This document shows positions 19,543 to 27,906 of a DNA stretch of 34,659 nucleotides, piece by piece (position 1 is the first letter of the stretch; every line of letters begins with the position of its first letter). The notes under the pieces were generated by a model. It worked only from the letters and a program-made list of their open reading frames with translations. It was not told the origin of the DNA and ran no database searches. The DNA comes from Candidatus Thiodiazotropha sp. (GTDB taxonomy: Bacteria; Pseudomonadota; Gammaproteobacteria; Chromatiales; Chromatiaceae): assembly GCA_037384565.1 (NCBI GenBank), contig JARRNW010000005.1, positions 1 through 34,659 on the forward strand, read 5' to 3'. The translations under genes and the position numbers were made by a program.

Positions 19543-19570
19543 AGGGCTTTCGCGGCTACATTCAGCTCGT

Positions 19571-19641
19571 GGCAACCCTGATCACAGGGTTGCCCGGCAG
19601 GTATCCTGAGCAGGGGTTCCCCGCTCGTAAACGATGCGGGG
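19571..19641. repeat. Two adjacent hairpins downstream of the adhesin gene
   Basis: GGCAACCCTG-ATCA-CAGGGTTGCC (19571-19594, perfect 10-bp stem) and CCCCGC-TCGT-AA-ACGA-T-GCGGGG (19619-19641). No U-tracts. Confidence 0.55.
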
Positions 19642-19682
19642 ATTCTTGGGAAAGAGATGCTAGAGCAGCCAAGTTGCTTCAG

Positions 19683-19948
19683 TTAAGATTCCTGTTCTCC
19701 AGCTATCCGCATCTGATGGGCCGGGTGCTGGGGATCGTCTACTGGGCCATCTCGATCCAGCTGTTCCAAAAAGCGGGTTTCACCCGAAAGCGTGCGCAAA
19801 CCGGCGCGGTGACGCTGATCCAGCGGTTCGGCAGTGCACTCAATCTGTGAACATACATTTACACATGTTCTTCCTGGATGACGTTTACACCACCACGCTC
19901 TGGGGTAAAAATCGGTTTCACCGTACCCATGTGCCCAGCCAGCAGTTG
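19683..19948 (+). pseudogene. IS91-family / ISCR-like transposase, internal remnant
   Basis: LRFLFSSYPHLMGRVLGIVYWAIS...KAGFTRKRAQTGAVTLIQRFGSALNL, then a frameshift at ~19847 into NIHLHMFFLDDVY (HUH motif). This is the hallmark ISCR-type segment. Confidence 0.85.
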
Positions 19949-19961
19949 GTGTTCGCTGCAT

Positions 19962-20153
19962 TTATATTGGATAGCGTCCCGTCGTCGCAAATAACAATAA
20001 TTTACCAATGGGAGAATCCCAAAACTCGTGCCAATTGGCCCCGAATTGAGTAGTGTATTGCTGAGAAACGGTGCTGTTTGTATGGGTGGCGGCGCAACCG
20101 CTCTGAAAGCCAAGTATGGTTATCACTAATATGAGTCTAAATGCGCTCCGCAT
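19962..20153 (-). CDS. Putative small lipoprotein (63 aa)
   Basis: GGGAGA RBS just upstream of the ATG. Basic N-terminus, hydrophobic stretch (LILVITILG) and a lipobox-like FQSG-C at residue 20. No recognised homolog. Confidence 0.5.
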   Translation of the reverse strand: MRSAFRLILVITILGFQSGCAATHTNSTVSQQYTTQFGANWHEFWDSPIGKLLLFATTGRYPI

Positions 20154-20170
20154 ACATATCTCCCTATAAA

Positions 20171-20200
20171 TTGACGCTGCAAGAATTTTACCATTAAGAT
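20171..20200 (+). promoter_or_regulatory. Candidate sigma70 promoter for the hydrolase gene
   Basis: TTGACG (20171-20176), 18-bp spacer, TAAGAT (20195-20200); 40 bp upstream of the ATG at 20241. Confidence 0.45.
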
Positions 20201-20240
20201 CGATGTGAAAAACATCTGAGTCAAACTCGAAAATAGGCTT

Positions 20241-21032
20241 ATGAAATCGCTGGTCCGCACGTTCCGAAACCTGATGCTATGCCTCGTCACTACACTGCTA
20301 TCCGCTTGTAGTGTGCTTGGACCGCTCCCAGATCAAATGGGACGACGATTGGTCGAGGGTAGTCAGGAAAACGGTGGCGTTCTGATCGTCGTTTTGCCTG
20401 GTATATTCAGTGATTCTCAAGACATGCAGGAGCGCGGCGTGCCCGGTGCGATTCATCGTGGCTGGCGAGAACCCGATATCTTGATGGTTGACCTGACGAT
20501 TAACTTCTACCGTAAAAGCCAGGCTGTCCAACGCCTGCATGACGAGATCATAGCACCGGCCCGGCAACAGGGCTATTCTGAGATCTGGCTTGCCGGTGGC
20601 TCCATGGGGGGCATTGGTGCACTGATGTATGAGTGGCACCATCCCGGTGAAGTGGACGGATTGGTGCTGATCTCACCCTACCTGGGTGGCGATGATGTAA
20701 CGGAATCCATTCGTCAGGCAGGTGGATTGAATCGATGGGATTCCGGTGAACACTCAGCCGTCATGGAGAGTGACAACTACGATCGGTTGGTTTGGCAGAT
20801 GGCGCAAGATTGGATCGGTGATAGGGGAAAATTGCAGCGGGTGTGGCTCATGTGCGGTGATCAGGACAGGCTCTTCCCGGATGCGCAGATGCTCGGTGCC
20901 ATACTGCCGGAGAATCGTTACTTTCCTGGCCACGGGGGGCACAGCTGGGATTACTGGATTCCCAATATGGAAAGTGTTTTTCGCGCTGTGGCCGAATCAC
21001 GCCAGGCGAGTCTCTCAAAACAGAAACGTTGA
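20241..21032 (+). CDS. Alpha/beta-hydrolase (esterase-like) lipoprotein
   Basis: Lipobox LSA-C. Nucleophile elbow GGSMG, acid candidate in CGDQD and His in GGHSW. Confidence 0.85.
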   Translation: MKSLVRTFRNLMLCLVTTLLSACSVLGPLPDQMGRRLVEGSQENGGVLIVVLPGIFSDSQDMQERGVPGAIHRGWREPDILMVDLTINFYRKSQAVQRLHDEIIAPARQQGYSEIWLAGGSMGGIGALMYEWHHPGEVDGLVLISPYLGGDDVTESIRQAGGLNRWDSGEHSAVMESDNYDRLVWQMAQDWIGDRGKLQRVWLMCGDQDRLFPDAQMLGAILPENRYFPGHGGHSWDYWIPNMESVFRAVAESRQASLSKQKR

Positions 21033-21704
21033 CTGGTCTTCACCCAGTGGCTGGATGCATTCTGGGTCATCCTGTCTTGGGTTATTGACACGGGCACTGA
21101 CCGGATAGCTCTCGAAACCTGTGAGTTGGCGATTTTTCAGCAGACTCCTGAGTTGATCAACGTCGTGATTGTCCCTGTCGAGCCAGGCGTCAAAATCTCC
21201 CGGACTGAGAATGACGGGCATGCGGTCGTGGATCTCTTGCAGTTTTGGGGAGGCGTCAGCGACGATTAGGGTGCACGAATCGATGCTTTCACCCGCTTGC
21301 CCGGTCCACCGGTCATAGAGTCCCGCAAAAGCCATGATTGGATCGGATCGGTGCCTGATACAGTAGGGTTGCTTACCAGTCGGTGTTGCCTGCCATTCGA
21401 AGTAACCACTCGCAGGAACCAAGCAGCGCTGGGTGCGGAAAGGGGTGTGAAATGCCGGTTTGCTGTCCAGGGTTTCGATTCGGGCGTTGAAGGTCTGGAA
21501 TCCGGGTTTGCTCTGTTTGGCCCAGGATGGCAATAGGCCCCAGCGAAACAGGCGGGCGTGGCGACCTTTTGGTGTGTCGATTACAGCGGCAATATTTTGA
21601 GATGGGGCGATATTGAAACGGGGGGTAATTTGGGGGGTGGCGGTCAAACTGAAAAGAACGAGCAGTTCATCCGTTTTTGCGTCCAGGTAGAATCGCCCGC
21701 ACAT
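21015..21704 (-). CDS. SOS response-associated peptidase (SRAP / YedK / HMCES family; abasic-site protection)
   Basis: Start moved to the ATG at 21704 (GGAG upstream), giving the family N-terminus MCGRF with Cys2. Also RFNIAPSQ, WGLLPSWAK, FNARIET, RCLVPASGYFEW and IHDRMPVIL. Confidence 0.93.
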   Translation of the reverse strand: MCGRFYLDAKTDELLVLFSLTATPQITPRFNIAPSQNIAAVIDTPKGRHARLFRWGLLPSWAKQSKPGFQTFNARIETLDSKPAFHTPFRTQRCLVPASGYFEWQATPTGKQPYCIRHRSDPIMAFAGLYDRWTGQAGESIDSCTLIVADASPKLQEIHDRMPVILSPGDFDAWLDRDNHDVDQLRSLLKNRQLTGFESYPVSARVNNPRQDDPECIQPLGEDQSTFLF

Positions 21705-21772
21705 CGCCAAATCTCCCGATTGTGGGTGTGTTGGATCGAAAATGGGTCTTTTTGACAAGCCGGCACTTCGAT

Positions 21773-22045
21773 TCATGGGAACAAGTATCCGCGGGGATTA
21801 TCCTGTGGTGTACAAGCCGAGGCAATCGTTGAGCTGAAGTGTTCGGTTGTTTGTGGGGTCCGCAGACTTGGGGCGGTCCAGTGACGACCCCGAGAACCGG
21901 GGGCAAGGAGCGTCTCGCTTCCTGAGTACCAGCCGGAACTAACGGCGTGTACCAGACTGACCAGAACGTAGACCATCCATACGCCGGCGGCGGCCAGGAC
22001 CAGTGTGTCCATGGAGAAGATTGAGTTATTTTTGGGCATTTTCAT
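21773..22045 (-). CDS. Small hypothetical membrane protein (90 aa)
   Basis: GAGG RBS before the ATG. One hydrophobic segment (TLVLAAAGVWMVYVLVSLVHAV). Co-directional with the SRAP gene and ~70 bp upstream of it. Confidence 0.5.
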   Translation of the reverse strand: MKMPKNNSIFSMDTLVLAAAGVWMVYVLVSLVHAVSSGWYSGSETLLAPGSRGRHWTAPSLRTPQTTEHFSSTIASACTPQDNPRGYLFP

Positions 22046-22304
22046 GGCGTTACCTCGTGATACTGCTTAGTGGTATACCTTTACTGCTTTTTGCCAGAGC
22101 CCGCTCGGTAGATCGGGTCGAAAATCCTTCTATTGGTTCCTTGAGCGTCTGCTCACATTAAGCCTCTACGACTAGGGTTGGCGGGATTGCCGTACCCTTC
22201 TGTCCATATTCATCGGCAATTTATAGGCAAAGTTAATAGGCAACATTGAGAATCATCAATCAATGCTATATTAGTCGTCGCTTAAATTTGAAGTAATGTG
22301 GGGC

Positions 22305-22333
22305 TTGTCACAATAATCCATTTGTCCTAGAGT
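22305..22333 (+). promoter_or_regulatory. Sigma70 promoter of rnpB
   Basis: TTGTCA (22305-22310), 17-bp spacer, TAGAGT (22328-22333); predicted start ~22340, matching the 5' end of the RNA. Confidence 0.65.
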
Positions 22334-22339
22334 GCAACA

Positions 22340-22707
22340 GGGAGTCGGCCAGGCAGTCGCTCCGCCTCGCATCCGTGTGGCGGGGAGGAAAGTCCGGGCT
22401 CCAGCGGGCAGGGTGCCAGGTAACGCCTGGGAGGCGCGAGCCTACGGAAAGTGCCACAGAAAAGATACCGCCAGTGTTTTTACGCTGGTAAGGGTGAAAT
22501 GGTGCGGTAAGAGCGCACCGCGTCGCTGGCAACAGAGATGGCAGGGTAAACCCCACCCGGAGCAAGACCAAATAGAGGAACAGGCCCGTTTCGGCGGTGC
22601 CAAGTGAAGCCCCCACTGTTCCTGGGTAGGTTGCTTGAGATAGGCGGTGACGCCTATCCCAGATGAATGGCTGTCCAAGACAGAACCCGGCTTACAGGCC
22701 GACTCCC
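22340..22707 (+). ncRNA. rnpB: RNase P RNA, bacterial type A
   Basis: P1 ends GGGAGTCGGCC...GGCCGACTCCC. Conserved GAGGAAAGTCCGGGCTCC, GGAAAGTGCCACAGAAA, GGTAAGAGCGCACCG, GGTAAACCCCACCCGGAGCAAG and ACAGAACCCGGCTTA. Confidence 0.98.
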
Positions 22708-22722
22708 TCCACTTTCCACCAC

Positions 22723-22756
22723 GGATTGGGACCTGCTCCCGATCCCCTCCTTTTAT
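22723..22756 (+). terminator. Possible intrinsic terminator after rnpB
   Basis: GGATTGGGA-CCTGC-TCCCGATCC stem (one G-U pair) followed by CCTCCTTTTAT; the U-tract is displaced from the stem. Confidence 0.35.
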
Positions 22757-22882
22757 CTTCATAATCCACTTTAGGTATGCAAAGCATCCTGCTGTTTTTG
22801 CAGTGGTTATTTTTTGTTTTCTTCAGGCCGCAGGGATCCCTGCTAACTTACTGACAGGTAACGAAATTTCAGACCCTCAACC

Positions 22883-22912
22883 TTGACAAGGGAAGGAGGT
22901 GGTGCCTAATAT
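22883..22912 (+). promoter_or_regulatory. dcw (Pmra-like) sigma70 promoter
   Basis: Perfect TTGACA (22883-22888), 18-bp spacer, TAATAT (22907-22912). Confidence 0.7.
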
Positions 22913-22920
22913 GAATAGAA

Positions 22921-22945
22921 GTGGGAGAATGTGGGGAAATGGGGA
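22921..22945 (+). promoter_or_regulatory. MraZ-binding direct repeats
   Basis: GTGGG-AGAAT-GTGGG-GAAA-TGGGG. The first two copies are 10 bp apart and the third is imperfect. They lie between the promoter and mraZ, as for known MraZ operators. Confidence 0.75.
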
Positions 22946-22972
22946 AAATATTCCATCAAAGAGGCGGTCAAT

Positions 22973-23428
22973 TTGTTTCGCGGGGCTTCATCACTCAACC
23001 TGGATTCCAAGGGGCGGATTGCGATACCTACCCGGTATCGGGATCAGCTCGTGGATACCTGTGCCTCGCACTTGGTGATTACCGTCGATAAGGACCACTG
23101 CCTGCTGATCTACCCCAAACCCACTTGGCTCGAAATAGAAGAAAAGCTCAAGGCTCTGCCGTCGTTCAACGAAGCGGCGAGAAACCTCCAGAGACTCTAT
23201 ATCGGTAACGCTCATGAGATTGATATGGATGGCCAGGGCCGTGTCCTGCTGCCTCAGGAACTGCGCCGATATGCCGGACTCGATAAAAAGGTCGCCCTGG
23301 TGGGGCAGATCAACAAGTTCGAGCTGTGGGATGAGGAGACCTGGAATGCCCGTCAGGAGGCTTGGCTGCAGGAGCTGGATATGAGCAAGCTCGATCTGCC
23401 GCCCGAATTGGAATCTCTGTCGATCTGA
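22973..23428 (+). CDS. mraZ: Division/cell wall cluster transcriptional repressor MraZ
   Basis: Start moved to the TTG at 22973 (GAGG at 22961), giving MFRGASSLNLDSKGRIAIP. Second DxxGR motif DGQGRVLLP. Confidence 0.96.
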   Translation: MFRGASSLNLDSKGRIAIPTRYRDQLVDTCASHLVITVDKDHCLLIYPKPTWLEIEEKLKALPSFNEAARNLQRLYIGNAHEIDMDGQGRVLLPQELRRYAGLDKKVALVGQINKFELWDEETWNARQEAWLQELDMSKLDLPPELESLSI

Positions 23429-24357
23429 TGGGGCAGGAACATCTTTCGGTCCTGCTTCAGCCTGCCATCGAGGCGCTGAAGATCGACCCGAATGGTATCT
23501 ATATGGATGCGACATTCGGACGTGGAGGTCATGCCGGACGGATTTTGCAGGACTTGGGGCCCCAGGGGCGATTGATTGCCCTGGACCAGGATCCTCAGGC
23601 GGTGGAGTACGGAGAGTCGCTGTTCGAGCAGGATGCTCGTTTTCAAATCGTACAGGAGAACTTTGCGATGCTAGCGGATGTTGCAAAACAGCTGGGTGTC
23701 GTTGGCCGGGTCGACGGGATCCTCATGGATCTCGGTGTCTCATCTCCGCAGCTGGATCAGGCGGTGCGTGGATTCAGTTTTACTCAGGACGGGCCTCTGG
23801 ACATGCGCATGGATCCCGGTCATGGCCGCTCAGCGGCGCAGTGGCTGGCTCAGGCTGGGGCCGGAGAGATTGCACAGGTTTTGAAAACCTATGGTGAAGA
23901 GCGGTTCGCCAAGCGTATCGCGCGGGCCATTGTCGAGGCGCGGGACGAGGCGCCACTGCTGACCACGGGACGTTTGGCCGAGGTGGTGAGCCGCGCAAAT
24001 CCGGCTTGGGAAAAAGGCAAGCATCCGGCGACCCGGAGTTTTCAGGCAATTCGAATTTATATCAATGGTGAACTGGATGCGCTCCGTCAGGGGTTGGAAT
24101 CAATTGTGGACGTGTTGTCTGTGCAAGGGCGACTGGCGGTGATCAGTTTTCACTCCTTGGAGGATCGGATCGTCAAGCGCTTCATGCGTGACCAGGCGGC
24201 GGGCGAGCGCTTTCCCGCGGGGGTTCCCGTGACCGATGATCAGCGTAATCCCCGCCTGAAACTCGTGGGTAAGGCGATTCGCCCCGATGCTGGGGAGATT
24301 GAGGTCAATCCCCGGGCCCGCAGCGCGGTGCTGCGGGTGGCGGAGCGTTGTGCGTGA
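23428..24357 (+). CDS. rsmH: 16S rRNA m4C1402 methyltransferase
   Basis: The ATG at 23428 overlaps the mraZ stop (TGATG). HLSVLL, DATFGRGGH, DLGVSSPQLD, ISFHSLEDR and NPRARSA. Confidence 0.97.
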   Translation: MGQEHLSVLLQPAIEALKIDPNGIYMDATFGRGGHAGRILQDLGPQGRLIALDQDPQAVEYGESLFEQDARFQIVQENFAMLADVAKQLGVVGRVDGILMDLGVSSPQLDQAVRGFSFTQDGPLDMRMDPGHGRSAAQWLAQAGAGEIAQVLKTYGEERFAKRIARAIVEARDEAPLLTTGRLAEVVSRANPAWEKGKHPATRSFQAIRIYINGELDALRQGLESIVDVLSVQGRLAVISFHSLEDRIVKRFMRDQAAGERFPAGVPVTDDQRNPRLKLVGKAIRPDAGEIEVNPRARSAVLRVAERCA

Positions 24358-24626
24358 GTCGTACTCAGATGGGGTTTATGGGCTTTCTGATCGTTGCGGT
24401 GCTCGCTTCGGCGACCGCTGTCGTGTACAGCAAATACCTCAGCCGCAGACATTTCGTGGCACTTCAGGAGTTGCAGTCGGAGAAGGAGCGGATTGGAGTC
24501 GAATGGGGACGCCTGCAGTTGGAGGAGAGCACCCTGGCGACCCATACGGTGGTGGAAAAACAGGCTCGGGACGGGTTGAAGATGCACCTGCCCGGTTTTG
24601 ATGAAATCGTGGTCATCAGGCACTGA
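24354..24626 (+). CDS. ftsL: Cell division protein FtsL
   Basis: GTGA overlap with rsmH. Single TM segment, coiled coil with EWGRLQLEESTL, and position between rsmH and ftsI. Confidence 0.92.
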   Translation: MSRTQMGFMGFLIVAVLASATAVVYSKYLSRRHFVALQELQSEKERIGVEWGRLQLEESTLATHTVVEKQARDGLKMHLPGFDEIVVIRH

Positions 24627-24628
24627 TC

Positions 24629-26365
24629 ATGGCGAGCAAAAAGAAACGCAAGGCACAGCAGGCTGAGGTGATCCGCCAGCCCAGTTTTCGCGCCCGGCGC
24701 TTGACTGTGCTGGTGGTGCTGGGTCTTGCATACGCCACGTTGATCTGGCAATCGGTGGATCGCCAGGTGTTCGAGACCGCGTTTCTTCAGGAGCAGGGGG
24801 AACGTCGTTACCTGCGTACTATGACGGTCAATGCCAGCCGGGGCATGATTACGGACCGCAATGGCGAGCCTCTGGCGATCAGTACCCCGGTGAAAAGCGT
24901 GGCCGCCAATCCGCGACTCCTCAAGGCCGGCAGCCAGACCATCGGCGCCTTGGCCGCGACCCTCGACCTTGATCCCGACCGGCTGCGCCGTCAGCTGTCC
25001 CAGGATCGAAGCTTTGTCTATCTCAAGCGGCGCATCAATCCGGATCAGGCGGATCAGGTCGGGGCCCTCGATCTTGAAGGGATCGATCTGTTGACAGAGT
25101 ATCGGCGTTTCTATCCCAGCGCCGAGGTGACCTCTCAGGTGGTCGGGTTCACTAATATTGACGACCAGGGTCAGGAGGGTATGGAACTGGCCTATGACGA
25201 ATGGCTCAGCGGAACTCCGGGGGCCAAGCGGGTCATCAAGGATGGCAAGGGCCGGGTGGTCAATCAGGTGGAAAACATCCAGAGTCCCGCTCCGGGCAAG
25301 AATCTGGTGTTGAGTATCGACCGCAGATTGCAGTTTCTCGCCTACCGGGAGCTCAAGGCAGCGGTGACCAAGCACCGGGCCCGTTCGGGTTCCGCGGTGA
25401 TCATGGATGCCCGCAGTGGTGAGATTCTGGCCATGGTCAACAGCCCTTCGTTCAATCCCAACGCCCAGCGGAGACGGCGCTCGGACAGCCTGCGCAACCG
25501 AGCGGTGACCGATGTGTTTGAACCGGGCTCGACAATCAAGCCGTTTACCATTGCCACGGGTATGGAGCAGGGGCGCTATACGGCCAGCACTCCGATCGAT
25601 GTATCCCCGGGACAGATGAGGGTAGGGCGCTATCTGGTGCGGGACACCCGTAATTACGGGATGATCGATGTCGCCACGGTGTTGAAGAAATCGAGCAATG
25701 TGGGGGCCAGTAAGATCGCCCTGTCCCTGGAACCGGAGATTCTCTGGTCCATGTATACCAAACTGGGTTTTGGCGAGAGCCCCTTCTGCCATTTTCCCGG
25801 TGAGTCGAGCGGACGGTTGCCCCATTTCAGTGACTGGTCGAGCTTCGAGCAGGCGACCCTCTCTTTCGGATATGGGTTGTCGGTTTCACCCCTGCAACTG
25901 ACCCGCGCCTACGCGGTGTTGGCAAACGATGGGGTGCGTCTTCCCGCCTCCCTGCTGAAGGTGGACGAGGTTCCCGAGGGTGAACGGGTAATGCGTCAAA
26001 GCACGGCCCGCGGGGTGGTGCGGATGCTCGAGGGCGTGGTGGCTCCGGGTGGCACCGCGACCCAGGCCGCGGTGCCCGGTTACCGGGTCGCGGGGAAGAC
26101 CGGAACCGCCAAGAAATCGGTAGCCGGTGGTTATGCGGATGATCGTTATCTCTCCCTGTTTGTGGGTATGGTGCCCGCGAGTCATCCCCGTCTGGTGATG
26201 GCGGTGTTCATCGACGAACCCCGGGGCAAAGAGTATTACGGCGGCCTGGTTGCGGCGCCGGTATTTTCCAAGGTGATGAGCGGTGCCTTGCGGCTGCTTA
26301 ATATTCCGCCGGACACGAACTGGCATGGGGATCAACTGATGGCCCGACTGGGGGCGCAGAAATGA
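24629..26365 (+). CDS. ftsI: Penicillin-binding protein 3 (septal transpeptidase)
   Basis: RGMITDRNG, SxxK (EPGSTIK), SxN (KSSN) and KTG (GKTGT). Confidence 0.96.
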   Translation: MASKKKRKAQQAEVIRQPSFRARRLTVLVVLGLAYATLIWQSVDRQVFETAFLQEQGERRYLRTMTVNASRGMITDRNGEPLAISTPVKSVAANPRLLKAGSQTIGALAATLDLDPDRLRRQLSQDRSFVYLKRRINPDQADQVGALDLEGIDLLTEYRRFYPSAEVTSQVVGFTNIDDQGQEGMELAYDEWLSGTPGAKRVIKDGKGRVVNQVENIQSPAPGKNLVLSIDRRLQFLAYRELKAAVTKHRARSGSAVIMDARSGEILAMVNSPSFNPNAQRRRRSDSLRNRAVTDVFEPGSTIKPFTIATGMEQGRYTASTPIDVSPGQMRVGRYLVRDTRNYGMIDVATVLKKSSNVGASKIALSLEPEILWSMYTKLGFGESPFCHFPGESSGRLPHFSDWSSFEQATLSFGYGLSVSPLQLTRAYAVLANDGVRLPASLLKVDEVPEGERVMRQSTARGVVRMLEGVVAPGGTATQAAVPGYRVAGKTGTAKKSVAGGYADDRYLSLFVGMVPASHPRLVMAVFIDEPRGKEYYGGLVAAPVFSKVMSGALRLLNIPPDTNWHGDQLMARLGAQK

Positions 26366-27906
26366 TGGCATCACCCCTTGTTCAAGTTGGATGCCGACTT
26401 TCGGATCTGCTGGATGGTCTGGCTGAGGTCCCGTCCGGGTTGGATCGTGACATTACGGGGATTGCCCTGGACAGCCGCAAGGTTGGGGCCGGGGATCTGT
26501 TCCTGGCTTGTGCGGGTACCCGTCAGCATGGTCTGGTATTCGCGCAACAAGCTCTGGAGCTGGGTGCGGCCGCCATTGTCTGGGAACCGGACGGTGATCA
26601 GGCTCAGGCTCTTGCGTCCGCTCTCGATACCGGTGAGACACCGGTTCTCCCTGTACCGCAGCTAGGCGCGCAGGTCAGTCGCCTGGCGGGTCGATTCTAT
26701 GATCATCCCGGTCGTGACATGACCCTGATCGGCATCACCGGTACCAATGGCAAGACCAGTGTCTGCCAACTGGTGACCCAGGCGCTGTCGAGGGAACGAC
26801 CCTGCGCCATGATCGGTACCCTCGGCGCCGGTCTGCCGGGCGCCCTGGCCGGCACCGGAATGACCACCCCCGATGGGGTAAGGGTTCAGGCCCTGCTCGC
26901 AGAGTTTCTCAACCAGGACGTTAAATCCGTGGCGATGGAGGTCTCCTCCCATGCCCTGGATCAGAACCGGGTGGCGGACCTCGACTTCGATACCGCAGTC
27001 TTCACCAACCTGAGTCGGGATCATTTCGATTATCACGGGAGTTTCGAGCACTATGCCTCGTCCAAGGCCCGGTTGTTCCATAGGCCGGGTTTGCGCTGTG
27101 CGGTGATCAACCTGGACGACCCCTTTGGTCGGGAACTGATCGAAAATCTTGCCCCTGAGGTACGTGCGATCGGTTACAGCCTGGATTGCGAAGCCGTGTC
27201 GCAGGCCGGGCTTGACGATTGGTTGTGTGCCGCTTCAGTGGAGACCCTGCCTGAGGGGCTGAGTATCCGGATTGTCAGTCCGCAGGGCGAGGCGCAGTTG
27301 CTTAGTTCTCTGCTGGGTCAGTTCAATGCCTCCAATCTGCTGGCGGCGACCGGTGTGTTGATGCAGCAGGGTTGGACGTTACACAAGGCGGTCGAGGTGT
27401 TGGCCGGACTGCCGACGGTTCCCGGGCGCATGGCACTGCTGGGTGGCGGGGAGCGGCCATCTGTGGTGGTGGATTATGCGCATACCCCGGATGCCCTGGA
27501 AAAGGCCCTGCTCGCGGTCCGCGCCCACTGCCCGGGGCGTCTCCACGTAGTGTTCGGTTGCGGTGGCGATCGGGATCCGGGCAAGCGTCCGATCATGGGC
27601 GAACTGGCATCACGGCTCGCGGATGTGTGCTGTCTGACCGACGACAATCCCCGTACGGAACCCAGTGAACGTATTCTCGAACAGATTCTGGCGGGGATTG
27701 AATCCCCCCAAACAGTGTCTGTGGTAGCAGACCGGCGGCAGGCGATTTTTCGCACCATAGCGGGTGCCCGGGTGGGTGATCTGGTGTTGGTCGCCGGTAA
27801 GGGTCACGAGGATTATCAACTGGTGGGCGATCAGGTGCTGCACTTCGATGACCACGAGGTGGTTCGCGAGGCGCTTGATGCTTGGCGGGAGGTGACTGAT
27901 GCCTAG
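26362..27906 (+). CDS. murE: UDP-MurNAc-Ala-Glu:meso-DAP ligase
   Basis: GITGTNGKT, MEVSSH, VDYAHTPDAL, FGCGGDRD, DNPR (meso-DAP motif) and AGKGHE. Confidence 0.97.
   Translation: MMASPLVQVGCRLSDLLDGLAEVPSGLDRDITGIALDSRKVGAGDLFLACAGTRQHGLVFAQQALELGAAAIVWEPDGDQAQALASALDTGETPVLPVPQLGAQVSRLAGRFYDHPGRDMTLIGITGTNGKTSVCQLVTQALSRERPCAMIGTLGAGLPGALAGTGMTTPDGVRVQALLAEFLNQDVKSVAMEVSSHALDQNRVADLDFDTAVFTNLSRDHFDYHGSFEHYASSKARLFHRPGLRCAVINLDDPFGRELIENLAPEVRAIGYSLDCEAVSQAGLDDWLCAASVETLPEGLSIRIVSPQGEAQLLSSLLGQFNASNLLAATGVLMQQGWTLHKAVEVLAGLPTVPGRMALLGGGERPSVVVDYAHTPDALEKALLAVRAHCPGRLHVVFGCGGDRDPGKRPIMGELASRLADVCCLTDDNPRTEPSERILEQILAGIESPQTVSVVADRRQAIFRTIAGARVGDLVLVAGKGHEDYQLVGDQVLHFDDHEVVREALDAWREVTDA

Noticed and set aside
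22084-22097. CTG-N8-CAG as a possible SOS box upstream of the SRAP unit
   Set aside because: The spacing does not fit the gammaproteobacterial LexA consensus CTG-N10-CAG.
22308-22762. ORFs 22308-22616, 22332-22607 and 22442-22762
   Set aside because: They overlap the RNase P RNA gene and are spurious.
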